This document shows, in pieces, positions 11,199-21,568 of a DNA stretch of 64,000 nucleotides. This DNA is from an uncultured delta proteobacterium. GTDB taxonomy: Bacteria; Desulfobacterota; Desulfobacteria; Desulfobacterales; JAHEIW01. The first letter of the stretch is position 1, and each line of letters opens with the position of its first letter. The stretch is taken from positions 128,001 through 192,000 of the forward strand of contig CAVPNL010000018.1 of the NCBI GenBank assembly GCA_963706575.1, written 5' to 3'. The notes under the pieces are model-generated. The model had not been told where the DNA came from, ran no database searches, and saw only the letters and a list, made by a program, of their open reading frames with translations. Both the position numbers and the translations under genes were made by a program.

Positions 11199-11298
11199 AC
11201 CACAGAGCACACTGAGATCGCAGAGATTGAATTTAATATTATAAGGCAGGTTTTATAATTTTAATAACTTTCTCTGTGGTCTCTGTGAACTCTGTGGT
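11199..11298. repeat. Inverted 9-mer shell ACCACAGAG...CTCTGTGGT; further copies at 16002-16103 and 35166-35264, right arm only at 54273-54303
   Basis: Three-unit arms around an AT-rich spacer, recurring in the window. Confidence 0.85.
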
Positions 11299-11332
11299 TA
11301 AATATTTTTATACAAAAATTTCATTATTTGCA

Positions 11333-11407
11333 TGGCTGGGGCGGGAGGATTCGAACCTCCGAATGCAGGGACCAAAACCCTGTGCCTTGCCACTTGGCGA
11401 CGCCCCA
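11333..11407 (-). tRNA. tRNA-Gln(TTG)
   Basis: TGGGGCG acceptor stem, TTG anticodon, GTTCGAATC T-loop and encoded CCA. Confidence 0.96.
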
Positions 11408-11511
11408 TTACGCACTGTCCATTATCCGTATATTCGCGATGTTAGAACCATCTGGCCAGTTGGGTGTTCCTGCAATGACCCAGAGTCAGGCCGAATCTTT
11501 CAGACGCCGAT

Positions 11512-12369
11512 TCATATCGGATCAGCTTCATGGATCGGATCCACCAGAAATAATTTCAAATCCTTATCCGCCCTCAGACTCTGATTGGCCGATTTTGCTG
11601 TTTCGGCATTGTCGAAAAGGCCAAACACTGTTGGGCCGCTTCCGCTCATCAGCGCACCGATTGCCCCAAGATTCAGAAGCTTTTCTTTCGCCAAACCAAT
11701 TTCAGGGTATTTTGCGACAGTCACCCTTTCAAGATCATTCGTTAAATGGCGCGCCGGATCGAACCTGTCTCGCTTTAAACTGTTGCTTGTAGGTTTTTTT
11801 TGATCGTTTGTCAATCCAAAATTCAGGTTTTGGTATGTCTCTGCGGTTGAAATGCTAATCCCTTGATATAACAACAAAATATGATATGGCAAGGCCGCCT
11901 CGAAGGCCTCCAGCTTTTCACCGATGCCGGTGGCAATCGCCGGTTTTTGAAAAATAAAAAAAGGAACGTCTGCCCCCAGCGTAAGGCCCATTTCCATCAG
12001 TTGCTCCTGGGTAAAGGGCCGCTCATAGTAGGTGTTCAAGGCCATTAAAACACTGGCTGCATTGCTGCTGCCGCCGCCAAGACCGGCGGCTACCGGGATG
12101 TTTTTGTTCAGATATATGTCAACACCCTGGGCTGAATTCAGCTTGCGTAGAAACAAAGATGCCGCCCGATGCGCCAGGTTGGAATCATCGGCCGGAACGT
12201 CGGGATGGGAGCAATGGATTTCGATCGTTTTTCCCCCGCCGATCTGAAGCGAAAGCTCATCAAAAAGCGTGACGCAACACATTAAAGAAAACAATTCGTG
12301 ATAGCCATCAGGGCGTTTTCCGCAGATACGCAAAAAAAGATTGATTTTAGCAGGTGAAAGAATCTTCAT
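11512..12369 (-). CDS. ispE: 4-diphosphocytidyl-2-C-methyl-D-erythritol kinase
   Basis: SPAKINLFL, IPVAAGLGGGSSNAA and MSGSG. Confidence 0.96.
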   Translation of the reverse strand: MKILSPAKINLFLRICGKRPDGYHELFSLMCCVTLFDELSLQIGGGKTIEIHCSHPDVPADDSNLAHRAASLFLRKLNSAQGVDIYLNKNIPVAAGLGGGSSNAASVLMALNTYYERPFTQEQLMEMGLTLGADVPFFIFQKPAIATGIGEKLEAFEAALPYHILLLYQGISISTAETYQNLNFGLTNDQKKPTSNSLKRDRFDPARHLTNDLERVTVAKYPEIGLAKEKLLNLGAIGALMSGSGPTVFGLFDNAETAKSANQSLRADKDLKLFLVDPIHEADPI

Positions 12370-12381
12370 AACGCTTCGCGT

Positions 12382-12570
12382 AGGTTCAGGGTTCTGGGTT
12401 CAAAGGTTCCGTGTTGTGAGTTCCATGTTGCGTGTTGCGAGTTTCGGGTTACGGGTTCGGCGTTGCGGGAATCATGCGTCAGAAGTCAGGCATTCTTTTT
12501 GCTCAGTCCTCAGCACTTGTTAACCATTTTTTTACCCTCAACCTCTGAACGCTGAACCTTGAACCTTTGA
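12382..12570. repeat. Inverted heptamer shell (GGTTCAR / YTGAACC)
   Basis: ggttcagggttctgggttcaaaggtt ... aacctctgaacgctgaaccttgaacc with inner gttgcg-type heptamers. Confidence 0.75.
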
Positions 12571-12642
12571 TTCGGAGGGGTAAAACCGAAGATGACGTAT
12601 AGATATTAGATTCCTTAAAGATAATTTTAATATTTCAGCGGC

Positions 12643-13074
12643 TTATTGCTTTTCTTTGACATACATCAGCCGCAAATCATAAAGAATGTTTTTCAGTAAG
12701 TTCTCTTCTTCTTGGCTTAAATTTCCGGCGGTTTTTTCCTGCATCATACTGAGGATGTCAATTGTTTGCTTGGCCATCGGCAGATTTTTATTTTTGGTGC
12801 CGGTGGTTGGATCTTCAATGGCGCCCAACTGTAACAGTGCCGAAGCATTTAAAGATGCGATGAAGGTTGGGAAATTTATTTCCGGGAACTGAAAGGGCGG
12901 CTCCTGGTCTCCGGCGTCCGGCTTTTCATTTTCTTCTTTGGTTTGCGCCTCTGTTTTCTCTTCTGCCGCTGGTGCCTCTTTTTCTTCCTTTTCCCCGTCA
13001 TCCGTGTTTTCTTTTGCGAAAATTCGGCGGTCTTTTACGACAAAATCCTTCTTTTCTTCTTTTTCCTCTGGCAT
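12643..13074 (-). CDS. DUF1844-like protein
   Basis: VKDRR N-terminus, PEINF and AKQTIDIL...KTAGNL...LYDLRLMYV. Confidence 0.8.
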   Translation of the reverse strand: MPEEKEEKKDFVVKDRRIFAKENTDDGEKEEKEAPAAEEKTEAQTKEENEKPDAGDQEPPFQFPEINFPTFIASLNASALLQLGAIEDPTTGTKNKNLPMAKQTIDILSMMQEKTAGNLSQEEENLLKNILYDLRLMYVKEKQ

Positions 13075-13134
13075 GGGTAACCTCCCTGATATTGGCGCTT
13101 ATAAGATATTATGTTAGGCGATTTTGTCAAGTAT

Positions 13135-13581
13135 TTACACTTTACCAAATGCATACTTGCTGATCAATTCTTCAATATCCAATGCCGGCTCGGTTTCGGT
13201 TATGGTATCTTCGGGCCCCAGGACCTCATCGGACCCCCCCGGCGTCAGCTTGATATATTTATCTCCGATCAGTCCGGCAGTCTTGACCGAGGCAATCACA
13301 TCGTCGGTCAGAACAATCTTCTTTTGGATTTTCAACCGCACCATGGCGACTTGATCTTTGGGATCCAGCAGGATGGAATCAACCTGCCCGATCGGTACCC
13401 CGGCAATTTCCACCTGAGCACCAGCCTTCAAGCCCGAAACTGAAACAAACCTCGCATTCAGAAAATAGTGATCATCTCCCAGCAATTTCATTTTTCCAAG
13501 CTGAATCGTCAGATACCCAACGCAAATCAGCCCGATTAAAACAAAAATACCGACACTCAATTCAACAGAAGACTTATTCAT
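13135..13581 (-). CDS. mlaD: MlaD (MCE domain) lipid-asymmetry protein
   Basis: SGLKAGAQVEIAGVPIGQV and GLIGDKYI; single N-terminal TM. Confidence 0.93.
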   Translation of the reverse strand: MNKSSVELSVGIFVLIGLICVGYLTIQLGKMKLLGDDHYFLNARFVSVSGLKAGAQVEIAGVPIGQVDSILLDPKDQVAMVRLKIQKKIVLTDDVIASVKTAGLIGDKYIKLTPGGSDEVLGPEDTITETEPALDIEELISKYAFGKV

Positions 13582-13608
13582 ATCTCCTCCGGTTAGTTGA
13601 TGACTAAA

Positions 13609-13714
13609 TTAGCCACAGACCCACACGGACCCACACAGATAAGAAAATATGTATGATTGACAGTTTGTGTAATTTTTACATAGTCTGTGTATGTCTGTGT
13701 GCGTCAGTGGCTAA
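13609..13714. repeat. Inverted 10-mer shell TAGCCACAGACCCACAC...GTGGCTA inside the mla operon; related copies at 18059-18316, 36805-36977, 40990-41066 and 61469-61562
   Basis: Recurring ccacagacccacacagactcacac arms and their reverse complements. Confidence 0.85.
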
Positions 13715-13722
13715 TAATAAAA

Positions 13723-14934
13723 TCAGATCCTGCATTCCCAAAATATATTCTGCCGCTCCTCCACATCGCAGAGCATCGATTCGATTTGGCCGTCTCCTTT
13801 TGCCTGGGCGATTCCGGCAGAAACTGCAAAACACAACCCGCTGCGTTGTTCGGAAAGATCAAAGATGGCATCCGTATCCAGGTTGCGTGACAGCTTGTTG
13901 CAAAACATCCCGGCCTGATCGACATCCGTATCGGGTAATACCACCATAATCTTGTTCATGTCATAGCGAAAACAGATATCCGTGAGGTAAATATTGTTCT
14001 TTACAAAATGGGCAAAATTTCTCAGGGCGGTTTGGCCGGCCACATGACCGGCAATCCGGTCAACGTCCTCCAGGTTTTCGACTGAAAGCAGAACAATGGA
14101 AAAAGGTCGGTGATGCCGCTGTAACCGGAACATTTCCCGGGTCAACCGTTTCTGACCCAGCGACTGCGAGGCAACCCCGGTCAATTCGTCATGCGGGCTT
14201 TCCAGCCCCCGGATATAACTGCGCACGACAGGATCAGCGGTCTGCTGTATTTCTTCCGGAGACCCTTCAAAACGGATTTTTCCTTCATTCAGCATGGCAA
14301 TCCGCTGGGAAATAAAAAACACATCGGGAATTTCATGGCTGACGATGATACCGGTAAATCCAAATCGTTTCTGGTAGTCGGATATCATGCTGTGAACTGC
14401 AGTTTTGCGAATGGGATCAAGGCCCGTGGTGGGCTCATCAAATAACACAATTTCCGGATCCGTGACCAGGGCTCTGGCCAGGGCGACCCGTTTTTTCATT
14501 CCACCTGAAAGCTGGGACGGGTATTTTTCCTCGACATCAAACAGATCCAGCTGATGCAGCTTATCCTGAACCCGATCCTTGATCTCTGTTTCAACATATG
14601 CAGTGTTTTCCATGAGCGGTAAAGCGATATTTTCAAAGACATTCAGAAAATCAAAAAGTGCGGTGTCCTGAAATACATAACTGAATTTTCGTTTCAGAAC
14701 TCTGCGCTGGTCTTTTTTCATTGCAGCCAGAAGTTTTCCTTCAAAAAGCACCTGGCCCGAATCCGGCGTTAACAGACCGATGATGTGCTTTAGCAGTACA
14801 CTTTTCCCCGTGCCGCTCTGGCCGATAATGGAAGTTATTTGCCCGCGGTAGATGCTCAGGGTGACCCCATCCAGCACACAATTTGAGCCAAAGCATTTAA
14901 TAATATCTTTTATTTCAATAAGTGGTTGATCCAT
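13723..14934 (-). CDS. mlaF: MlaF-type ABC ATPase with a C-terminal degenerate GGDEF-like domain
   Basis: GQSGTGKS, LSGGMKKR and FDEPTTGLDP, then DELTG...GHVAG...RYDMNKIMVVLP...SAGIA. Confidence 0.88.
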   Translation of the reverse strand: MDQPLIEIKDIIKCFGSNCVLDGVTLSIYRGQITSIIGQSGTGKSVLLKHIIGLLTPDSGQVLFEGKLLAAMKKDQRRVLKRKFSYVFQDTALFDFLNVFENIALPLMENTAYVETEIKDRVQDKLHQLDLFDVEEKYPSQLSGGMKKRVALARALVTDPEIVLFDEPTTGLDPIRKTAVHSMISDYQKRFGFTGIIVSHEIPDVFFISQRIAMLNEGKIRFEGSPEEIQQTADPVVRSYIRGLESPHDELTGVASQSLGQKRLTREMFRLQRHHRPFSIVLLSVENLEDVDRIAGHVAGQTALRNFAHFVKNNIYLTDICFRYDMNKIMVVLPDTDVDQAGMFCNKLSRNLDTDAIFDLSEQRSGLCFAVSAGIAQAKGDGQIESMLCDVEERQNIFWECRI

Positions 14935-14992
14935 TATTGGAAACGCTCAATTTAGGTTTTACCTAAGTTGAGCCAGAAACGCTCAATTTAGG

Positions 14993-15793
14993 TTATAGTA
15001 GAAACGTTGTTAGCGCGTAATCCGCGATTAATATCATCACACAGGAAAGCACAACTGCGGATGTCGTCGCCTGGCTGACGCCCTTGGCCCCGAATTCAGT
15101 CCGGGTATGGGTGTAGTATCCGTTGAAGCAGCAAACGGATACCACAATTACTGCAAAGACAACGGACTTGATAAAGCCGCCGGTAACATCTACCAGGGCC
15201 ACAGAGGATTCGACCCGGGAGAAGTACAGTTCCGGATTCACACCCAATAAAATCGAGCCGGTTAAATATCCTCCCAATATTCCGACCACGTCAAAAAGTG
15301 CGGTCAAAAGCGGGAAGCTGATCAATGCGGCTGCAATTCTGGGGCTGACCAGATAACGAATGGGGTCGATGTCCATGGTTTCTAACGCATCGATCTGCTC
15401 GGAGATGCGCATGATTCCAATCTCTGCCGCCATAGCCGATCCGCCTCTGGCAATGACCATCACGGCGGCCAGCACCGGACCCATTTCGCGAATCAGCGAC
15501 AGCGCCACGGCCGAGCCCAAAATCCCGGTGGAGCCATACTTGACCAGCAGGTAGTATCCTTGAAGGCCCAGAACCATTCCGGTAAATGCCCCCGTCAGAC
15601 AGACGACAAAAACCGATTTCATGCCGATAAAATATACCTGCTGTAAAATTTTATCGATTTGCAACGGCAGGGAAAAAATGAGGACAAAGCCTTTTAAAAA
15701 AAAAAGAGCGATTCTGCCCAGGTCCTGAACAAAGACCACGGTGTAGCGGCCCATGGCAATTAACGGGTTTTTTATAACAACAAGCAGGTCCAT
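14993..15793 (-). CDS. mlaE: MlaE ABC permease
   Basis: REMGPVL, EIGIMRISEQIDAL and GAKGVSQATT. Confidence 0.93.
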   Translation of the reverse strand: MDLLVVIKNPLIAMGRYTVVFVQDLGRIALFFLKGFVLIFSLPLQIDKILQQVYFIGMKSVFVVCLTGAFTGMVLGLQGYYLLVKYGSTGILGSAVALSLIREMGPVLAAVMVIARGGSAMAAEIGIMRISEQIDALETMDIDPIRYLVSPRIAAALISFPLLTALFDVVGILGGYLTGSILLGVNPELYFSRVESSVALVDVTGGFIKSVVFAVIVVSVCCFNGYYTHTRTEFGAKGVSQATTSAVVLSCVMILIADYALTTFLL

Positions 15794-16130
15794 AGAAAGT
15801 GCCCCGATGCGATGATATTTGCGATAAATCAGGAAGAATTAAGGAAATCATAGCAAAATGTCAAGCAGGTTTCAAGGAAGGCGACAATTGACCATTGACG
15901 CCTAACTCCAAAAAGGTTAACCAAGTCCGTTGAGCCGGATAGCCAATTTCCCACTAGACGGCCAAAAAGGGAATTCTGTCTAATTTTAGCTTAATAATTT
16001 TACCACAGAGAACACAGAGACCGCAGAGGGATGTTTTTTTAGGTAATAATTTTTAGCTTGTTTTTAATATTTTCTTCTCTGTGAGCTCTGTGCACTCTGT
16101 GGTGAAATAATACAGTTGCGTTTTCCAGTC

Positions 16131-18020
16131 ATGATTCGAATAGAAAGCCTGCATAAAAGCTACGGAGATCTGATCCTGTTTGAAGGCATCAATTTTGCCC
16201 TCAATGAAAGAGAGCGCCTGGGGGTCGTGGGTCGCAATGGTCACGGAAAAACGACGTTGTTTCGGATGATTCTGAGAAAGGAAAATCCCGATTCCGGCAG
16301 CATTGTTGTCCCCAAAAACTACCGCATCGGTTATGTCAGCCAAAATCTGGAGTTCCGCCAAAGTACGATTTTAACTGAGGCCATTTCAGCGCTTCCGGAG
16401 CCGGAAGAAGATCATCACTGGAAAGCAGAGAAAATCCTCGCCGGTCTGGGCTTTAAGCAGACGGATTTCCAGAGGCACCCAAAGGAATTTTCAGGGGGCT
16501 ACCAGGTCCGGTTGAATCTGGCCAAAGCATTGATTGCCGAACCGGACCTTTTGTTACTTGATGAACCCACAAACTTTCTGGACATTATTTCCATCCGCTG
16601 GATCGAACGGTTTCTGCAAACCTGGCCTCATGAAATCATGCTGATCACCCATGACCGCAGTTTTATGGATAAACTGGTTACGCATACCATGGGGATCCAT
16701 CGCTGCGCGGTGCGCAAAATTGAAGGCAACACGGCAAAGTACTATGATCAAATTGCTCAGGATGAAGAGATTTATGAAAAGACCCGCATGAAAGACGCCC
16801 GTCGGCGCAAAGAAATCGAGCAATTTATCACCCGTTTCAGGGCCAAAGCCAGGCAGGCGAACCTGGTGCAATCCCGTATTAAAACCCTGCAGAAAATGGA
16901 AAAAAAACAAAAACTTGAAAAACTAAAAATATTGGATTTTTCCTTCAGCAGCAGCCCTTTCCAGGCCAGGCACCTGCTTAGCGCCCGCAACGTAAATTTT
17001 TCCTACGATACGGAAAATCCGCTCGTTCGTGATTTTAAAATCACCGTGGAGGCCGGGGAACGAATCTGTGTGGTGGGGCCCAATGGAAAAGGCAAATCTA
17101 CCCTGTTAAGACTGCTGGCCGGGGAACTGTTGCCCGATACGGGTCAGCTTAAATATCATCCGGCTGTCAAAAAAGGCTATTTTGAGCAGAGCAGTGTACA
17201 AACACTGGTTGAAAACCGAACCGTCCTGGATGAAATCATTTTTTCAAATCCGGATGGTGATCGGCAGCGGGCCCGCAATGTTTGCGGGGCGATGATGTTT
17301 TCAGGAGACGATGCCTTAAAAAAAATCAGTGTGCTCTCCGGCGGTGAAAAAAGCCGCGTGATGCTGGGCAAGCTTTTGGTGTCTGCAACGAACCTGCTGC
17401 TGCTGGACGAGCCGACCAATCATCTCGACATGGAATCCTGCGATGCCCTGCTCGCAGCCATAGATAACTTTGAGGGAACCGTAATTATGGTGACCCATAA
17501 CGAAATGTTTCTGTATGCACTGGCTCAACGGCTGATCGTGTTTCAAAATGACGGCATAGATATTTTTGGCGGCAGTTATCAGCAGTTTTTAGAAAAAGGC
17601 GGCTGGCAGGATGAAAGCAAAGTGAATCAGACACCACAACAGCCCGACACCCAGGTGGATGATTCTGTAAAACTTACCAAAAAGGAACTGCGGCGTCAGA
17701 GATCAGAAATTATTTCCCGGCGTTCCCGGATCCTCAAACCGATCCAGCAGCAGGCTCAGGCGCTCGAAAACGAAATTGAAAAAAATGAGCGGGAACTCGA
17801 CCGTCTGAACCAATCCATGCAGCCGGCTGCCCAGAATCAGGACGGTACGAAAATCGCTGAAATTTCCCAGGCCATTCACCTATGTCGGCAAACCATCGAC
17901 GACCTGTTTGAAAAGCTGGAAGAATTGACCCGTGACCTCGAAACTCGCAAGGCCGAGTTTGATGCCCACCTGCAAAGCCTCGATTCAGAAACCGAATCAC
18001 CTCCCTCTTCCGATACGTAA
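16131..18020 (+). CDS. ABC-F family ATP-binding protein
   Basis: Two ABC domains (GRNGHGKT, GPNGKGKS, LDEPTN twice), no TM, C-terminal coiled coil; ATG start at 16131. Confidence 0.92.
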   Translation: MIRIESLHKSYGDLILFEGINFALNERERLGVVGRNGHGKTTLFRMILRKENPDSGSIVVPKNYRIGYVSQNLEFRQSTILTEAISALPEPEEDHHWKAEKILAGLGFKQTDFQRHPKEFSGGYQVRLNLAKALIAEPDLLLLDEPTNFLDIISIRWIERFLQTWPHEIMLITHDRSFMDKLVTHTMGIHRCAVRKIEGNTAKYYDQIAQDEEIYEKTRMKDARRRKEIEQFITRFRAKARQANLVQSRIKTLQKMEKKQKLEKLKILDFSFSSSPFQARHLLSARNVNFSYDTENPLVRDFKITVEAGERICVVGPNGKGKSTLLRLLAGELLPDTGQLKYHPAVKKGYFEQSSVQTLVENRTVLDEIIFSNPDGDRQRARNVCGAMMFSGDDALKKISVLSGGEKSRVMLGKLLVSATNLLLLDEPTNHLDMESCDALLAAIDNFEGTVIMVTHNEMFLYALAQRLIVFQNDGIDIFGGSYQQFLEKGGWQDESKVNQTPQQPDTQVDDSVKLTKKELRRQRSEIISRRSRILKPIQQQAQALENEIEKNERELDRLNQSMQPAAQNQDGTKIAEISQAIHLCRQTIDDLFEKLEELTRDLETRKAEFDAHLQSLDSETESPPSSDT

Positions 18021-18330
18021 TCCGCTATTCCAACTTTCAGAATCGTTTTTATTTATTCAGCCACAGACCCACACAGACTCACACAAACAAAACTTTTCCT
18101 CGGGCGTCTTTGACTGACAAAAAACTTGTATGCCTCCATAAAGACGGCCACAGCTTAAACTCAGTTTAAAAAACATATCGTAGCAATAATACCTGTTCTA
18201 CTTAAATGACTTTATGTGAGGATAGATTTTTTTTTAATCGCGAAGCGATTGACTGTTTTTGGCCGAGCAGGTCGCTCGGCCAAAAGGTCTGTGTGAGTCC
18301 GTGTGGGTCTGTGGCTAATTTATCCGGTCG

Positions 18331-19605
18331 TCAACGAATCCGCTTTTTCTTTCGACGTGTGATGAAAAAATAACACAGCCCGGCTACAAACAATGAGGGC
18401 ATGGAGCCGCCGATGGGATATTTCATAAGAGCAATCAGTTCATATACAAAAAATCCACTCGCCCAGCAGATTAACGCAATGCCATTAAAGCCTTTGGCAT
18501 ACCAGTATTTACCCTCCGGCTGGTAAAGGTCCTGCGTGCTGATCCGGCGGTCTCGAATAAAAAAATAGTCGGTCAGAACAACCCCAAACAGGGGCACAAA
18601 CATGGCGCCGATCAGAAAGAGGAAATTTTCATATTGTTCCATTGGAAAAACCAGCGCAACCAGTATGGAAATAATGCCCGCCGCCCAGACAATGCTTTTT
18701 GAGCTGAATCTTTGAGAGATATTCAGCGTTGAGCAGGCCGCGGAATACACATCCGGAAAACCGGTGGTGATGGTAGAAAACACCACCATGGCCAGGGCCG
18801 GAACCGCCAGGCCTATTTTGCCCATAAGCTGCAAAATTAATGTGCCTGGATCACTTGCTCCGGCAACCAGGGTTGCGGTTAAACCCAGCGCATACATCCA
18901 TGATGAAATCAGAAAGTAGCCCAGCCAGGTATTCCAGAAGGCCGGAGCGGCCCTTTTGGAGAACCGTGAGTAATCCGCCACTAGCGGCATCCAGGAAATA
19001 GGCATGGCGATGACCAAATCCAGGCCAATCATAAATGGCATATTCTGCGATTTGACCTCAAAGACATCGCTTCCAAATTCATTGACTGACACACCACTCA
19101 TCAGCAGGATGACCAGCAATAGTCCGATAACCGTCATTTTCTGCATCACGCGCCAGATCGGGTTGCCCGTCATCTGTGCCCATAAGAGGGTTCCCAATCC
19201 TATTGCGACAATCCAGAACTGGTTGGATGCCAGAATTCCCCCTAGTGGTTTGCCCAGCATGGCACCGGCCCGGCCGCCGATGATCAGCATAATCGAGGCC
19301 CAGCCGATTAGTTGGATAATGTTTAAAACAGCTGCCAGATTTGAACCGCGAATACCGAATGATGGCCGAACGGAAACCATTGACATAATGCCGTGTTCAG
19401 ACCCGATAACCCCCCCCAGTGCCATAAAGGTATTCCCGATAATGTGCCCCAGAAAAATTGCCAGGATACCCATCCAAAACCCCATGGGCGCTAAAAATCC
19501 GCCGGCCCAAATTTCCGCCAGAGATATGGCCACCCCGGCCCACAATAAAAAATAGTCCAGACCGCTGAGACTGCGTTGTCCGGCGCCAATCGGTTGAATG
19601 TCCAT
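18331..19605 (-). CDS. cytX: CytX-like NCS1 permease, putative hydroxymethylpyrimidine transporter
   Basis: LWAGVAISLAEI and MPISWMPLVADYSR; about 12 TM; TPP riboswitch upstream. Start reset to MDIQP because the longer ORF runs through the riboswitch. Confidence 0.85.
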   Translation of the reverse strand: MDIQPIGAGQRSLSGLDYFLLWAGVAISLAEIWAGGFLAPMGFWMGILAIFLGHIIGNTFMALGGVIGSEHGIMSMVSVRPSFGIRGSNLAAVLNIIQLIGWASIMLIIGGRAGAMLGKPLGGILASNQFWIVAIGLGTLLWAQMTGNPIWRVMQKMTVIGLLLVILLMSGVSVNEFGSDVFEVKSQNMPFMIGLDLVIAMPISWMPLVADYSRFSKRAAPAFWNTWLGYFLISSWMYALGLTATLVAGASDPGTLILQLMGKIGLAVPALAMVVFSTITTGFPDVYSAACSTLNISQRFSSKSIVWAAGIISILVALVFPMEQYENFLFLIGAMFVPLFGVVLTDYFFIRDRRISTQDLYQPEGKYWYAKGFNGIALICWASGFFVYELIALMKYPIGGSMPSLFVAGLCYFFITRRKKKRIR

Positions 19606-19708
19606 TTTGCACTCCTTGTCTATAGTGTCAGAGGGCAGATGAATATCGGAAGTAGGGCGGGCCTCCGCGCCCGCCGGCATTGGCCGGCGCGGAGGCCGGC
19701 CTTTGAAA

Positions 19709-19738
19709 CAAAAAAAGCCACCCGGATAGCGGGCGGCC
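19709..19738 (-). terminator. Attenuator terminator of the TPP riboswitch
   Basis: GCCGCCCG-CTATC-CGGGTGGC-TTTTTTT immediately 3' of the aptamer. Confidence 0.85.
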
Positions 19739-19749
19739 TGATCGCGCAT

Positions 19750-19850
19750 TCTTCCTCCGCCGGCATTATCCGGATCAGGTTCAACGGTCGGACTCACAAT
19801 AAGATGTCAGAGTCCCTCTCAGCCCGGTCTTTCCGAGCTCCCGACACACA
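19750..19850 (-). ncRNA. TPP riboswitch
   Basis: GGGAGC...GCTGAGA...GACCGTTGAACCTGATCCGGATAATGCCGGCGGAGGAAG matches the THI-box consensus. Confidence 0.93.
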
Positions 19851-19996
19851 GCAAAGTTAATTTTCAGTCTGCAAATTATAAATAGGGGTCTAACCCGAAC
19901 CTGTCAAGCAATTTCACGGCTGGATGTTTGTTTTCCTGAGTCACTATGATATATAACCTGTAGCTGCATCTCGTTTTACGGCAGGAAGACAGGTTT

Positions 19997-20449
19997 ATGG
20001 CAATTTATAATTTAGACGGCTTATTGGACAAATACAGTGGTGAATTTCTGATTCTGGAGTTTAATCATCTCTTTATTTCATCGTCCATCCGCGAGGAAGT
20101 CTGGCTGCTTCAGCGCAAAAATGATTCGCCGTTGATCGATAAAATCGTGAGGGCCGCCAGAGAATTTAATATCCATGAAGTCAGCGATGAAAGAGATTTC
20201 GAGACCTATTCCGGCGGACAAAAAGCCATTTTAGCCTGCCTGCTGACACTGGCGCTGATTGGCGACCGCAAAATCCAGGGCCTCAAATTATTGCTAAATA
20301 ATATCCTGGACTCCGTGAGTGAAGAAAACCGGTCAAAATTGGTTCAAAAATTCGAAGAAATCCGTTCAACTCACAATATAAGGCTGTTCACCGAAAAGGA
20401 TGGCCACATCCAGGAGATTTTTACAACGAATGGAAATCCGCAAGGGTAA
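19997..20449 (+). CDS. Truncated ABC-ATPase-like protein with signature motif only
   Basis: HLFISSSIREEV, YSGGQK and a degenerate Walker B (LLLNN); no Walker A. Confidence 0.7.
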   Translation: MAIYNLDGLLDKYSGEFLILEFNHLFISSSIREEVWLLQRKNDSPLIDKIVRAAREFNIHEVSDERDFETYSGGQKAILACLLTLALIGDRKIQGLKLLLNNILDSVSEENRSKLVQKFEEIRSTHNIRLFTEKDGHIQEIFTTNGNPQG

Positions 20450-20909
20450 ATATCGTTTAGATGACCGCAACCTGAATTTTGATATCGTCGCTGACCTCAA
20501 TTTTAATGTTAGCGGCAGCCGATTTTATTTCAGGGGCGGCAACGGTTTCGGCAAGACATCCTTTCTGGAGAAAATTATCATTCCCGCCCTAAAGGCTGAT
20601 AACCTTCCCTATTTATATATCGGTCAGGATATTCGGACGCAGCTTTATACCTTGCGAGCGCTTCTTTCCATCCAGGGATTTAAAGTATCCGATACGGATG
20701 AGGTTGAACTTTTAAGGCTGTGGATTGATCAGGGCCAATCGGCAAGCGTCCTTATACTGGATGAGTTTGATAAATATTTCCCCGATTATGGATTTATCTT
20801 TGACTGGAGTGATGCCTTTATCCGGACCTACATCATCGTAACCCATCTGGCGATGAATCGCTGTGAGGCGGTTGCGAATAATTATCCGAATTTGCAACGT
20901 GAGGTTTGA
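20430..20909 (+). CDS. Short ABC-ATPase-like protein with Walker A/B but no signature motif
   Basis: GGNGFGKT, YIGQD, VLILDEFD and IIVTH. May extend to TAA at 20961 if a 1-nt indel lies near 20890. Confidence 0.75.
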   Translation: MEIRKGKYRLDDRNLNFDIVADLNFNVSGSRFYFRGGNGFGKTSFLEKIIIPALKADNLPYLYIGQDIRTQLYTLRALLSIQGFKVSDTDEVELLRLWIDQGQSASVLILDEFDKYFPDYGFIFDWSDAFIRTYIIVTHLAMNRCEAVANNYPNLQREV

Positions 20910-20953
20910 ATTGATCAACATCGATGGTCAACTCAAGAATGTCAGGGTGAGAA

Positions 20954-21568
20954 ATGAATAATATCGTCATTTTAAAACTTGGCACCATATTCATCATCAT
21001 CCTCTCCTTTTTTTGGCTGTTTGTTTTCGGCCCCTTTTATGACAGCATCAGCATTCAACTGGCTGTTTTTATCGTTGTCATGGGATGGAATGCGTTGCGG
21101 TTTTCGTTTCAAGAAACCATATCATTGCTGAAGTTCTGTTTTCCATTTGTATTGAGTTTGTTTGTTTTCGGACTTATCTTTCACTTTATACAGCTATTCG
21201 GCAGAACGGATTGGTTGCAGGACACACTCATTAAATGTTTGGTGTTCCCGAGCTCATTGATTTTTTTAAAAATCCTGTTGACCTATATTACCTATCTGGA
21301 TATCCTTAACCTTCCGATTTCAATGAAAAAACGAATTGGCCTGATCACAATGAAATCTGCATTCCAAAAAGGGGAAAAAATATTGCGCCGATTTTCCTGG
21401 TATCTGAATACCTATTCTGACCTGCAATCCGGCAACAGAATTAAATCCGAATTGAAAAAATATGCCTGCCTTATTATCGCCCTGTATTTGTATCTTTATG
21501 AAGAAATTGAAAATTCAAATCGATTACTAAAAAATCGATATCAGCATCTATACGAGGTCAACGAATGA
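20954..21568 (+). CDS. Membrane protein, putative divergent ECF T component
   Basis: Four N-terminal hydrophobic helices and a basic amphipathic C-terminal half; lies between the ATPases and the S component. Confidence 0.6.
   Translation: MNNIVILKLGTIFIIILSFFWLFVFGPFYDSISIQLAVFIVVMGWNALRFSFQETISLLKFCFPFVLSLFVFGLIFHFIQLFGRTDWLQDTLIKCLVFPSSLIFLKILLTYITYLDILNLPISMKKRIGLITMKSAFQKGEKILRRFSWYLNTYSDLQSGNRIKSELKKYACLIIALYLYLYEEIENSNRLLKNRYQHLYEVNE

Noticed and set aside
19606..19797. 64-aa N-terminal extension of CytX in the ORF track
   Set aside because: Overlaps the TPP aptamer and terminator; MDIQP has its own GGAG RBS
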